Shown piece by piece: positions 12,307-25,379 of a DNA stretch of 64,000 nt (the first letter of the stretch is position 1; each line of letters starts with the position of its first letter). The notes under the pieces were generated by a model. That model saw only the letters and a program-made list of their open reading frames with translations. It made no database searches and was not told the DNA's origin. Source of the stretch: Marsupella aquatica (taxonomy: Eukaryota > Plantae > Marchantiophyta). The translations under genes and the position numbers were made by a program. The stretch spans positions 1,325,573 to 1,389,572 of the forward strand of contig OZ316899.1 of assembly GCA_973895155.1 (NCBI GenBank). The letters run 5' to 3'.

Positions 12307-13849
12307 GCTTCCCATACTGAGAAAGAGTTCACTAAGAAGGTTACGTGTCAAGCCTTCACATTTTTCTACCTTTGTTCTCTTGTTGTCCCACACACGCAGA
12401 AGTCAAAAAAGGGTGGAGCATAGTGGTGGACCTAGCCACCCAACACCCGCCAATCCCAACACTCTTGCCTAAGTGCCCTTGGTGTCCAAATGCCTACACA
12501 AAACTCCTTGAGTAAGCAACTTGGTACCTCTAGCACCACTAGTGGGAACTCCCATACGAAGCCACACTTGCTCCCTAACCCGATCGTCGCTCAATGATTT
12601 TCATTGCCTGTACAAGCTGCAACCAAACACCTATGTAAGTAACTCATCAGGATCTAGGAACTCCAAGACCAATGTCTAAACTCAAGTTCAAGAAACCTTA
12701 GTAATTAAGTCAGCAAATAGAACCTATTGGGCCCGTGTGGCCTTGCCATAAGTCAAAGCCAAAGTCGACATCCACTGCTTGTCCTGAACAACCCTTCTAT
12801 TGGGTGCTGCCCATGTTTCCCCACTTTCTATCCATCACTGGTGACCACCCTGCTTGCAGAACATGCTCATGGCCCAAGTACTAGCTTGTCCCTAAAGCTT
12901 GTCCCAAATGTCAGGACCAGTTTGGCCCCAACTCTAGCAACCATTTTCAAGGTTTCAACCCAACCCAGAGTCTGGGGGACAAATGCACTCAAACCTCAAC
13001 ACCCACACCTACATGGCATTGCCTCCCCAAGGCAACTAAGCTTCCGTGGGAAACAAAATGCGGTTTGGATGCTATTTTGGCAAGATTTGGCAAGCCCTCC
13101 AGTTAGCCCCCACAAACCTTGAGAACCCAGGTCCCCTGTAGTTTGCAATGAAGAACCAAAAGTAGACTTTAAGGTCTCCAAACTTGGTATTTGTTCATGT
13201 AAAGAACAAGTAGGAATGAAATGACTAATTTAGTGTATTCTGAATGGTTTTGAGAGCTTTTACTCATAAGCTCTATAATTCTAAATTGTAAAGTAATGAA
13301 AATGATTCAAATAACAAACAAATGAGTAAAAATCATCCTTTCAGGGTATGAAGAAAGAGGTTGATATATGTCAAGGTTCCTTTTCTTCATAATTCCATAT
13401 GTAAAGATTTGCAATAAGGAATCTATCATTCAGTTCAGGCTTCAGTATGTATACTAGCTAGAGAGTCATATTAAGGTGTCGTCAACACGCATTTCCTTTT
13501 CTTCCCAATTGATACTTGGGAAATGACTTATAGACTACTACTTCAACATTTGGGTGGTACTATGATAAATGAATGTCCATAGCATCATTCACGAATAGAA
13601 TCAATGTCTATATGATGAGAGAAATCTTAGCATTGCATGCTCAAGCAATCCTCTTTCACAATAGCATAACACCAAAAGTTTAAAGACAAGGTCAAGTCAC
13701 CGGCATGACGGAAATTGTTGACTCAGGTCTTCAAAACGGGTAGAAAAATTTCATTAACATTTTACATGGGGTGGTGCAACAACACCAAAGTTCAAGGAAA
13801 AAGGGAGACTCCTTAATGCAAACACTAGTACATTTTAGGGCCATTATCC

Positions 13850-14400
13850 AATAGCTATTCCGTCGGATCCCTTCGGAAACCTCATTTTGGAAAAATCACC
13901 TATCCGATGCACCCCGCTTTGCAATATCCCATACGATCCCTATTGGACATGAACCATTGGACTTACTTTGGACTCTCTGTTGACGATGCCAACGGAATTT
14001 CTGATTCAAACCCCTTTGCAAATCAGACCTTTCAATCTAATACACATCGGACACTAACAAACAGACCCAGTCTCAAAACGACAATCATCCGATAGTAATG
14101 GTATGGGATATTCCGATAGTTTTTGCTACGTACATTACAATGGGTTTATTATCGGAGTTTGCGACACATTGAGTATCGGAGTTTGCCTTTGGAGAATTAT
14201 CGGATGGTGCGTTAGACCTAGTATCGGATATTGCGATGCAATGAGGTTTGCAAAATCCAATGAAGTTGCCATCAAATGTGTCGTTTAGATGTTTTGGTTT
14301 TATTGGAGGGGTCCAATGTGGAAAGGATCGGATGTTGCGAAGGTGTTTGAAATGGAAGGACCGATGAAGGTGCAAACGGATCAACATCGTAATGGATGGC
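13850..14400. repeat. Dispersed TCCGAT/ATCGGA/TCCAAT motif cluster (CACTA-like subterminal repeats)
   Basis: Many short motifs in both orientations; the same motifs recur at ~15945-16080 and ~17320-17485. Confidence 0.5.
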
Positions 14401-15118
14401 TTTGTTATGATAGCTAAGGTTTCATGGGTGGTTATTTGGGGTTTTAGAAGAACATCAACCAATATATTAGGGTCCAAATGAGGCTCAAAACATGTGGTCA
14501 AAATCTCATATAAAAAAAGGGGATGACCCCGATATGTACAAAATGGAATGGGTACGTCTACCTAGTAGACCCATCTCAATGACTGTTTGCTCCATGGGAA
14601 CACTTGAATGGAGCACTAAGTAGAGACTACACTCCATGGCACCTCCTAGGATCTAATCAAAGCTATTGGACCTACCTACATGGCACTAACCTCTAAAACG
14701 GTGTGCTCCATCCCTTCTTCTTCTTGTGGCGAGAGCAAAGGTGGGGAATAGGTGCAGGATTGCAAGAATCCTCTTCTCTCTGACTGCCCACAACTGGTGG
14801 AGCCACCTACTGACCAGATGGTGGGTCTAATCCTGTTCTACTCCCTGACCCACTAGCTAGATGCACCGCTAGGTTGCCCAGGCAGGGTAGAAGTCCCACC
14901 AACCCCTGACACAACAGAGTGAAAGGAGGCCTCACCCCCCAACAGACCTGCTAGAGTGATGGGAGGCCGCGGCTGTGGATGATGCATGTGGCCCATGCCG
15001 TGCTGTACTGCCACCTAACTCACGGGGTGGCGCTAGACCCCTAGAGCCACCATCGTCCAAGTCACCATTGCCTCAACGAGGGGGGCTAGGTATAGCAAAT
15101 ACTCCTTGACAAGGGGGG

Positions 15119-17336
15119 CTAGGTGCACCAGATACTCCTTGACGAGGGGGGTAGGTGCAGAGCATACTCCTGAGCGATGGTGTGGGCCTGCACGCCTCTA
15201 CTACCCCCTGAAGGCCCCGGCCTCGCAGCCCGCGGTGCTCCCCGTGACTGATGGGAGCTCACACCATCAGCAACATGTGACCCACCTCCCTTCCCTCCCA
15301 ATGTGAGGGTAACATGAGGTATCTGGGCAGTAGGGGCAACTCTAGGAACAGTCTGGGAAACTATAGGAACAACCCGGGAAACTCTAGGAATAGTCGAGGT
15401 AGCTCTAGGCTCCCTCGTCAACCCTGCTTCATATCCTGAGTCCTCATCATCTGACTCCCCAAACCCCTCCTCCTCCTCCTGCACATTACAATTAATTAAA
15501 GTAAGGAACTTGGTCAAAGCTCTACAATGTACTAGTGCTCTAGCTAAGCAAAACATTGTCCCAACTTAGGTAGGGGGAGGGAACAATTACCTCTCCCAGC
15601 TCATCCTCAATCTGTCGCTTTAGAACACGGGTTCCCTCTCTTTTGGATCAATGGGATGGCCATACTCTCTCTCCTAACATTTCAAAATTAAAAGACCACA
15701 TCAACACAAACAAATTTAGTTTCAACTCTATGACTTATATATAACTTCTATAACTTACTTAACCCCTAGCAAATACTCTAAACCCTAAAAAAATCACAAG
15801 TGAACTCAAGAAAGGGTCCATTTCGGGATTTCATGCAAGTCAAGCATCCCTATCCTATGCAATCAAAAAAGCCCTAAACCCTACCCTTCAAATCCACATA
15901 TAAAGCCAATTTAAACAAAATAACCCAAATTCACTCAAACTATACGGGTTCCGATGCAGCATCCGATGCGGATTCTATTGGACTACTATCGGACCCCTCC
16001 TCCACAAAATTTGAATGATACAATGTCCGATGCAGGTTCTGATGCGGGTTCCAACAGACAACCATTGGACTTAACAGTCCCGAGAGTAAAAAAAAGGGAT
16101 TGGAATGTGATAAAGCAAAACGGGACAACCAAAACGTTCACTCTTTGCAAGAGAAGTCAGGTGGTTAGGGAGAGGAGCAAGGGAGGAGGGAGCTAGGAGG
16201 GAGGAGGGAGGAGCCACTTACAAACTCGACCTTCAATCGATTGGAGCCGCCTTGCCCCATCTGGTGAGTCACAATGGGCCTCTCTTCTACTCGCTTCAAT
16301 GCTGCTATGATGTTTGCAGGAGGTTTTTGAAGTCTTGTTGCTTGAGCTGCCCATTGTCAAAGGTTCAGTTGGAGGGGGGCCATGTCAATATCCTCCCCAA
16401 CAGCTTGCTTTTCTTCTGCAATCCTGATTTCATTGTCCCAATGTCGTCTCTTTAGCCAGGCTCAAACAAAGAGCTCCTCCTCAAGCCAAGCTGTCCATGC
16501 ATCCCGGGGAATGACATCTGGACACTGGTGCTCCCTGACCACCTCTGCATCTATTGGCAAATCAGTAAGGTAATCCCTCATCTTCTCTCGCACATGATTA
16601 CTTGCATCTAAAATAGAGGCTGAAATTTGATCGTTAGAAATCTGTCTTCAAGGTGGGCTCCGTTCTTGAATCTTTCTTTGATTTTCTCCCAAACCCTGGT
16701 CCTCTCCTCCTCTGTCTTCTTGCCCCAGTAGTCTAGTGGCCCAAAATTTGCCCTCACAACCTGCAAGAATTGGCTGCGGAACAAATTGTAGCTCCTACGC
16801 ATTGGAGCCCCACCTGAATTGATAGCCACCTCAGGTTGCAGAGCCCTCTTAGCCTCCCTTCGCCTTTGCTCCTCAACTCGCAGCCTCTCTGCCTCCCTAG
16901 CTTCTCTTTGAAGCTTTTTCTTCCTTTTTCGAGGAGAGAGAGCCTCCTCACCATCTGCCCTAGCCCTCTTTGCCTCCTTTCTCTTCTTGCTCGCCTCTTT
17001 CTCTGTTGTGAAGCCTGCTGTAGCAGCCTTCTCTTCCTCACCTTTTAAGGCATCAAGCAAAACCTGAAGCATCGGGACTACTCTTGCTGCATCCTCCACT
17101 AAAAGCCCTGCCTTGGCCACAAACAACTCCCTCATTGTCTCCTCATATGGTCGGGATGGCCCAGCCCCGTCTCCCCCATCACCCAATCCTTCTTCCCCCA
17201 CCATCTCTCCTCCTCCCTGAGCTCCTCCCCTCTCGGCCTTGGAAATTTTTCTCAAATGACTGATGTGCGAAGGAAGCCCCGTAGTATGCACCTTCGCAAG
17301 CGCATCGGGATTTACGGATTTCAAAATTTGAATCAA
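15119..17336 (-). pseudogene. Spliced, decayed CACTA TnpA-like (Ptta/En-Spm-type) ORF
   Basis: ORF 16608-17336 (..YWGKKTEEERTRVWEKIKERF..), downstream fragments HQMGQGGSNRLKVEF and EREYGHPIDP, and a GTAATT...GTGCAG intron (~15484-15590) joining ..IEDELGE to EEEEGFGESDD. Family call is by loose resemblance plus the flanking subterminal-type motifs. Confidence 0.45.
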
Positions 17337-18089
17337 GTCCGATTGTTTCTGCTTTGGAACGTCCGTAGCGTATAGTATTGAATGTCAAATTGGACCTTCC
17401 AATGCGGGTTTCATTGGACCCCTCCTTCGCCTCGTTATTCCTTGCTTTTACAAAGTGTGATACATTGGTAACGGTATCGGACCCCTCGCGTAATGTTATT
17501 GGATAGGGGTTATGTAGGGGTTTTGAATGTTGGGATATGAATTGACTCATATGTGGGAAGGACCGGTTGTATTAACATTTAATCATCATGTATGTTTGAA
17601 TTGGGTTTTATAGGGCCATACATGTAGACACATACCGCAGGAGATTGGCGACGGTGTTGTGGATGTGATATATCAACCTTCTTGCAATTTTGGGGTTTGT
17701 ACCTGAATCCAGGTTTTTTTGTGATATACTTTGGTTATCCATGTTCAATTTGCTAATATTTGTCTTTGGGTTTGATGTGCAGTACCTTGGTTTTGAAGGG
17801 GTCGTTAGGTAGGGTGTTAGCTAGGTAGGTTATTTTTCAATGCACTATGCATAGTGTGAGACCGCGCATCCAAAAGGTATGATGCCCCATCCATTTATTC
17901 CTTGATCCTTTAGGCTATTTCAGGTTTGGCATGCAAGTTTTTATCATATGTGCTTGAGCTTGTTTTCAGCAATTCTAGATCACGCATGCTCATTATGAAA
18001 ATGTCCACCTTGTAGAGATTTTGGATATCCCCACACTTTATGTGTAGAGAATACAACACTGATATATTCTCATTTTCAGATTGACCCTA

Positions 18090-18430
18090 TATTACCGTCA
18101 TTTAACACTGTTGGTTAAAATGATGGTAATACATTTTTTGTCATTTATCACCATTGTCCAGAGTGACTATAATGTTGCTAAACACTGATTTATCATTGTT
18201 GTTATTAATTGTGTCATTTAGGACATGTATCTAAATTGACCATTTAAGGAAATTGGGTCATTTTGGTCGCATCAGTCATTACAGACATTATACAAAATGA
18301 CGCAAAAGTTAACATTTTGTCATTTCGGTCTATTGGTCATTGTGGACAGTCATTCCCCGGTCATTCTTTTTGTGTCATTAGAAATTTTGGTCATTTATTC
18401 ATCTCCGTCATTGGGTGATTGGTCATAAAG
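18090..18430. repeat. GTCATT motif cluster (probable transposon subterminal array)
   Basis: At least 12 exact GTCATT copies, same orientation, in ~330 bp. Confidence 0.7.
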
Positions 18431-18832
18431 GGCCCTGTTTTCTTCTATTGTCACTCTCCTGCTTTTGTTTCTTCCTCACATGCAGTTCATTGGTCAATGT
18501 GGGATCCAACGCTGGCATTTCAGGAGAGTCATCCTCATGAGTACCCTGTTCATGCACAGAAATAGTGTGGTTCACATTGCACAACCGCACAGCTTGGACT
18601 TGGGCTTCTTCCTGCACACACAAATGAAGACATAATTTACTACATGGCCCAAAACCGGAACCTTAGAAACCAAATTCCAATTGAAACATGACAGTGTGCC
18701 TCTACATACCAGAGCTTGCGTGGACTGCATTTGTTGCACAAGGTGACGATGTCTGCCCAAGCAGGCACTATTTACCCCGTATGTTCCCTTCATCTCTTGA
18801 ATATAGCCACCTTCACCCGATGGCAACTTGTC

Positions 18833-19743
18833 CTACCCTATGTTTGGAAGACCCCAACTTCGAACCCAATCTTCCAAAAAGGGTTTCCCACATGCAAAGC
18901 AACAGGGTGCTCTTGTTTTATCCCCCAACAATGTAAATAAACAATGTGGATGATACATGTGGCCACAACTTGCTGGAACCCAGTTGAAACAATGGTACCC
19001 GTGGCAACAAATTGGACAATTACTCACAAGCACTTCCGTTCCCACTATTGTAGTTGATGTGGGAACAAAGCAAGGTTGCACACTGGACATGGATTGGACA
19101 AAAGAGACTCCAAAATAACCAGTTCAGACTTTTGAGCTGCTGCAGACCACTCAAGGGGCTTCAGGTCTGCTTCCAACTGTGACTCCACAACTTTTAGACA
19201 AGCTACCTTCTCTGGTACCCGTTCAAAGCGCTTGTTGTTGGTATCTATGAGCTTGTCAAATGTTGCCATCCCCTTTAGAATAGATGATTCATTGTTCTTC
19301 AACGCCTCCATGTCCTTGTTACCATCCTCCAACTTCTGCCGTAAGATAACAATGTAGCTATCCTGCCCCCCCCAGAAAAGAAAACAGCACATGGCAACAT
19401 TATTTTGCAGTTCATCATGCATCAATGCCTCTTCCTGCCAAACCAAATCCAACCACCCAACCAAACATACATAGCCTACAGGTATTTTGAGCAACACAAG
19501 GACAGGCCTATGGTCTGACAAGCAGTATACCTCCTTGTCTTGCTCTCCCTTCAGCTCCTCGAGCTCCATTTCTGTTGACAAGTCATCATGTAGGGTGTCC
19601 CTTGCCTGCATTTTGCTTCTCACCTCACCCAACTCTTCCTCTAGTTTGTTACGTTGCTCTTGAATGACAGAGATGACGGCTGGATGATCCCGTTTTGACC
19701 CCTCCAAGCTTTCCATAGTCTTCTGAACCGCACTGATGCGCTG
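18833..19743 (-). pseudogene. 3' half of a coiled-coil + RING-H2 gene interrupted by the 19744-23735 insertion
   Basis: Coiled-coil ORF 19045-19743 with a probable in-frame GT-AG intron 19336-19530, then a 1-nt frameshift into CPIC..SCGHMYHPHC..CFAC (RING-H2 spacing). Confidence 0.75.
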
Positions 19744-20625
19744 TGTCACGTCGTCGGCTACGGCCTTAACTCAGACTTCAGCTTAGACGGGCACATCCCT
19801 CGTAAATTTGAGGGTTCGGGCAGGAAGGGAAGCATGTAATGCACCTTATTCTCGTAAACTAGCGCTAAGTGCGCATACTGCTAAATACGGACACCTCCTA
19901 GGTATGGTTTGTGTTCCGCCGCCGGAACGTACCTTAGTCGATAGCAGGATCGACCCCGGCTTAAGGGCTTCTAAGCCTTCGTGCTGTCCGCCTTCGATCC
20001 GGATTCGATGATACAGGTCCTCAACCCGTGCTCGCAACCACTTACCCACAGGCTGCACCCTGTGCACGTCTCGGGTAGTGCGTTCGGCCTGGCGCTGCCA
20101 CCCGTATACGAGAAACCCACACACATACACGCGCACATGCATACAATCTCGATTTACACGAAGGAAAATGATGGGAAAGGATTTTACTACAAAGGGAACA
20201 TATGCGTACACTTAGTTGACCCGACAGCCCCGGAATGAACAGGTTCAAGGCCGAGGGTGCACACTACAACGGAGCCCGGCTCCGCACTCGCCCGACGAGC
20301 TTAGTCCTACCCCCTCCCCTTGGTACTCTTTCATTCCCAGAGGTCGGGACTCCCCGCACATACCGCGGACGTCCAACTCTGCAACTAAAAACCCCCCTGC
20401 CTCTACCGAGGGGTGCACTAAATACTAAGGGACGAGGGATGGGGTGTCCTCTCGCCGAAGATTCTAACTAAGCTGACAGTCAGGCCGGAAAATGGCTGTG
20501 TCTTATTAGAAGATCCTAATCTACGCAGACTGGACAGCATGGCAGCGCTGCTGTACCTAAGGCAGGTGCCTATCCCAAGAGCTTGACTAAGCCAGTCCTA
20601 ATCCTAATCTATTCCTACTCCGCTG

Positions 20626-23269
20626 CTAATGCCTGGCACGCTTGCCAGAGCCGCCCGAATGGGAGCGGCCATCCCGCTGCCTTCGAAGCCTATCTTTGTC
20701 CGCCTTGAGGAGCTGGACCTGGTCCAGCAGAGATTCGTTCTCTCGCCTCGCCGCGTTCGTCTCCTCTGCTGCCTCCTGACATGCCTCCTCCAGCTGCTGG
20801 GCGTCGCTCGTCAATTTACCCGCCAACTGGTCCTGCTTCTCGGCCTCGGTTTGGAACCGCGCCACCTCGGCCTGCAGCGTGGCTATCTCCACCGTGTCCC
20901 GCTGGGCCCGTTCCTCGGCCTCCTCCAGGTCTTTCTGCCAGGTGACGGTTTGATTCTTCAAACTGTCAATCTGGTTCCGGAGTCGTGTAATCTCGGCCTC
21001 GTTCCCAGCTTTGGCCTGTTTGGCTAGGGCGGTAAGAGCGTGCGCCTTTGCTAACAACTCATCGGCGGCTGCAACCTTGGGTCGTAGTTGCAGAAGCTCA
21101 GCCTCTTGAGCTGTAACTTCGTTCTTTAGGTACACGGACTCCACCCGGTACCGCTCTATGCTCTGAAGGGCCTCTGACTGGGCCCGACCTGCCTTTACTA
21201 CGGCAACCAACTCCTGATTGAAGAAACAGGCTACCTTCCGGGCCATGAACTCCCCGGTATCCCGGGCAATTTGATGAGAGAAATCTCCCAGAAGCCCGTT
21301 CAGAAATGTACCCGGTACGAAGAGTTCTGGGTGGTCCAGGTTGTGCCTGTCCGGTAGTTGGGCACGGGCAGACGTCAACACGCGCGGGGGCTGGGGCAGT
21401 GACGTCCAGCCCTGGGGACGTAGTGTTGGAAGGGGCTGGAGTGTCCTCCTGCACCAATGTCCGGTTCTCCAGAATAGCCACCGGTGGGTCTTTGGGAGAC
21501 CCGGGCTCGGGTAAGATCTCCGCCGTACCGACTTCTCTACTTAGCTCGGCTTGTTGGGTTGCATCAACGGTTGTGACAACCGACCCATCCGGTACCTCCT
21601 CGGTTACGACTACAGCTACTTGTGGAGGTGGGGTGGGTGAAGCTGGCGTGTCCGCTGGACTTCGGGCCTCGGGTTGGGGCCGTCTCTCCAAGGCCGGGAA
21701 AACCCACCTAGCTGGGACCAGCTTTGTAACGTTGACACGGGGAAGGGTTCGTCGATCAAACCGGGCGTACCACTCAAGAATGATCTCGATGTGGCTAGCA
21801 AAATACGCCTTCCCGCCAATGTACAGCGTCTTCCTTTGCCGCTCCATCTCTTCATGGAATTTCTTAGCGAAGTACGACGCCCACTTCCTAGGTCAATAGT
21901 TCTTGACCTGGATAACTTGGGCGGCGGAGATCTCCCCCCGGGGTTCCATCATGTGGAGGGCGTACCTCTGGAACTCCAGTCGCTCAGCTATCTCGGGGAT
22001 GAGGCAGGTCTTCATCACGAACCCGTTGTCCACTGCTCCCTCTGAGGGAAAACTTGAAGATTGGTACTTGGCTCCCTTGCCCCCGGGAGCCCGTGATTCG
22101 ACTCGATGGTCACCTTCGGGTAACCCGAAGATCATCCTGAGCCGTTCTTCCGTGAGGGACATACTCCTTCCCCGCAGCCGAGTATGTTGACGCGCGTCGT
22201 CATAATTCCTGACGAACTCCGTCATGTCCTGCCCGTAGTACCTGCAAGTGTTCCAGGGGAGGGAGGCGAGGTGCTCGAATCCTTGAGTCTTCAGGTACAC
22301 TGCATGCTTGGGATGGAGGATGTTTTTGTGAACATTTTCCCCCATGCGGTGCATTGTCACCTTGGCTACGGCTACCGTGGCCAACGGTAACCCGGATGCA
22401 GTGGTGGATTCCTTCCTCTTCTTCCCCCGTGACTGGCTCAGGGAAGGTGACACTTCCCCATCCTCCCGATCGGGCCTGGGTAGTGCCACTGCCGTTAGTA
22501 ACGGGCCCGGGGCGGCCATGGTCACCATGTTGTCTGCCGGGGCCGCTCCTGGGGTCAGAGCATGGGGTGGGGACGATATAGTGTCGGCCCCCTGAGCGCT
22601 TGTTCCTCTGGGCCGCCTGGTCAAGGGTGGGGTAGCCTCGCCGTCATCGCTAAGATCCACGACGTTGATGACGGAGCGTACTTGTGCTGGTTGGGCGATC
22701 GGTGGTGGGGTTTGGCTAGGCTGCGGTTGAGGCTAAAGCTGAAGTTGAGCTTGAGGTTGCATGGGTACGGGTACGGGTACGGGTTCGACTGAGTTGGTCA
22801 TGTTGGTTGATGGCCGAGTTCCCATGAAGCTCTGTAGGTGCTGGTAGAAGTTCTCCGAAGCGAGTGCAGACAACCTTGTCGAACGGGTAGTGTTGGACTC
22901 GCTATTGATGATAGCCCGAACCTGAGCAGGGATGTGGTTGAAGTGATGTCGTTGAAAGTCGATCGTACCCAGGATATTGAAGACCTCGTCCGGAAGCCGA
23001 AGCAATGCTTCCCAGAAACCGATATATTTGTCTCCGTTGAAGAAGTACCCAGATACTTTTGCTGGTCGGTAAAGCTCGCTCTGAGACGGGTAGTCAAAGT
23101 TAAGGATGTAGTGGTGTCGTCCTGCTAGGCGGATGGCTCTCTCGTACTTGCGTTCGATTTCGTATCGGCGCGGGTTGGCGTGTTTTAATGAGTGGGCCAA
23201 GTGCCTTCCGGTAGATAGGAACTGCGTCCAGAATCGAATGGCCGAGCTGGAGAGGATCGTGTGCGACAT
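20626..23269 (-). pseudogene. Family-1 unit-encoded protein (~880 codons reconstructed): N-terminal domain, Pro/Gln linker, conserved LPW/FGLPxG domain, C-terminal coiled coil
   Basis: ORFs 22733-23269, 21893-22660, 21098-21847 and 20626-21381 are colinear pieces whose lesions fall at different places in copies B and C. Confidence 0.8.
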
Positions 23270-23370
23270 TCAGAGGAGATAGTAGTGGCGACTTAGAGCA
23301 AACGAGAGAGCTGGGGTCGAAGCTGGCGCGTGGACTGATGGACTGGTGCACTACAAAGGGTTGGCTCCCC

Positions 23371-23377
23371 TTTTATA
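23371..23377 (-). promoter_or_regulatory. Putative TATA box of the family-1 unit
   Basis: TATAAAA about 100 nt upstream of the ORF ATG; conserved at 45172 and 45530. Confidence 0.6.
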
Positions 23378-23735
23378 CCTTGAGGGCTTGTCGATCCCCC
23401 GACGTCTCCTCGACGCCCATAGGCTGAACCGCTCACGGTTGTGGTGTACCGGCCACTCCACCGGTCTGAGTCAGCGCGTGTCAGTGGCCGCTTCTTAAGT
23501 ACGTTATACGGACCCGAGGGAGGGGCCCCTCCACGCTCGTAACCCGGGTGTGCGAATAGCGACCCACCGCCAGTCCGAACCTGAATTCCCCCTTATTGCC
23601 TAATGATGTCCTACCCATAATGATTACCTAAATACTGTCGTTATGCTAATAATAGCGGCCTAAAACACTCCTAACGCGCGTGCTAAGCGCAGTTAGACCG
23701 AATCACTCATTAACCGCCGTACCAGTGGCGTCACA

Positions 23736-24745
23736 CGCTGACGAGTCTCTTTTAGACTACATTCAATTGTGATGATTTGCCCATCCAGAATGCACAGCAA
23801 AAGACTTCTTGGCAATGCAGGGAGAACAGGAGCCTCGGGCTTGGTAGGGAGAAGCTTTATCTGGGGGACACAAAGGGCCGCAGCTTCCAATGGTTTGGGA
23901 TGTGGGCTCCCCTTGCTGCAAGAATCCACTATCCTTGGGTGAGCTTTGTCCCTTGCCGTTTGATTCTCGGTAGAAATCCGTGGGACGGGCTGTGGGAGAT
24001 GCGTTGAAGGGTCATCCACAAGCCACTTCAAATTTTCTTCATCAAATTCCGCAGGCACTGGTGGTGAATATAGACGTAGCCTCCTTACGCAAGGAGGCCC
24101 GTCTGGCTTACCCTTACCATCTCGCTCCCATTGGGCAATTTGCCCCTTCAGCTTGGACACTGCATACACACACCAGTCCACCTTTCGCCTTTGGATCCTC
24201 TCTGCATAGGCCCCTTTGATGAAAGTGAATGATAGAAAGCCATTCACTGGTGAGTTGTAACCATCCACAACTTGGGATAGCTGCAAAACCTCCTCAATTG
24301 GAAGGCCGACACAAAGACTCAGCTTATACCCGTTCATGTCTTTCTCTCCAAACACCTCGGCCAATTGTTCCTTGGAAATGTCTTTGATCTTATGAGGATT
24401 AATACCTTCGTTTGGAAGACCAAATGTGGTGTGGAAATACTCTGCGTCCTTAACGTAATCTTCATGATCCCATGACTCTATAGGTACCTCCACCTTAGCC
24501 TTTCCTTTTAACGCTTTGGTACTCTCAAATAGGGGAGCAGGAGAGTCAGTCGTAGCATGGTCCGTAGCTAGGGAAGCAGAAACTTTGGGTTTGCTAGTAG
24601 TTTGTGCTCTGCCGCTATGAGGGATAACAGGGTGTGGGACAACTATCTCTAGTTCTCCTAACTGAATGGTAGAAGTTGGAGGAGCTTCTGGCTTATTAGT
24701 TGACGCATCCATGACTGCATTCGAACAAAGTATAGAAGGTATCAC
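23736..24745 (-). pseudogene. 5' half of the interrupted RING-H2 gene (domain with FGLPNEG..NGY..KVDW..YA)
   Basis: Open frame; removing 19744-23735 and one TSD copy gives ..CSLKETRQR-ISAVQKTMESL.. in frame. Confidence 0.8.
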
Positions 24746-25189
24746 TGAGGAAAGCTAGTGTTCAATGGTGAAAACTTCAACTACCATCGGGCGCACACCT
24801 ACAGTAATTACCTCAGGGCTGTTGCGGATTGAAAATGGATGTTCAATCACCAATGACTTGCAGGTAAATTTTCCTCCACTGGCTTCAGGCCAACCGTGCG
24901 CCCTGCATCCAATTTATACAAATGACGAGTCACTTTAAAAGGTTCGATTACTGAGAAGGCTTGTACTCAATCTGTGATTCATTGGTATAGTTGTTTGAAA
25001 ACTACAAACATGGCGCTATGACCTATCGGAAGTCAGCTAAGGGAACCAAAACAAAGCTAGCTATTGTTTCAAGAGTTTCATGATTGTGCAAACCAAACCT
25101 AAGGTGACCGGTGGAAGCTTAAGACACCATATGAAGAATAGATTTCTGATATAGCTGTTCAATTCAAACTTAATCCAGAATTTGCAAAT

Positions 25190-25379
25190 TGTTAGAATAT
25201 ATTTAACCCTTAGTCCATATGATGATACAAAGAGGTATGCAATACCTAGATATAAAGAGACACAAGACTAGGAGAGGGTAGTTACAACTACCCCAATGTA
25301 CAACATAAAATAAGCCACATTGGCTTAAAGGAAAATCAATCATCTTTTGTTGGTGTATGTATATTTTCATAGTTTAACA
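25190..25379 (+). repeat. 5' LTR of copia element 2
   Basis: TGTTAG...TTAACA; 189/190 identical to 30573-30762. Confidence 0.97.

Larger units (their letters stand above)
19744..23735 (-). mobile_element. Giant (3992 bp) solo-LTR-like unit, family 1, copy A, carrying a long ORF
   Basis: TG...CA ends (TGTGACG...CGTGACA read on the minus strand), perfect TSD CGCTG (19739-19743 / 23736-23740), no gag/pol, no terminal direct repeats; homologous over its length to 44806-49067 and 49068-52644. Confidence 0.9.

Noticed and set aside
12400-13300. Possible additional LTR or repeat with faint similarity to the reverse complement of ~60800-61250
   Set aside because: Similarity is too patchy to define boundaries by eye.
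13823-15537. CACTA element bounded by 12-bp TIRs CACTAGTACATT
   Set aside because: Flanking trinucleotides (AAA versus CTC) do not match and the right copy lies within an apparent intron.
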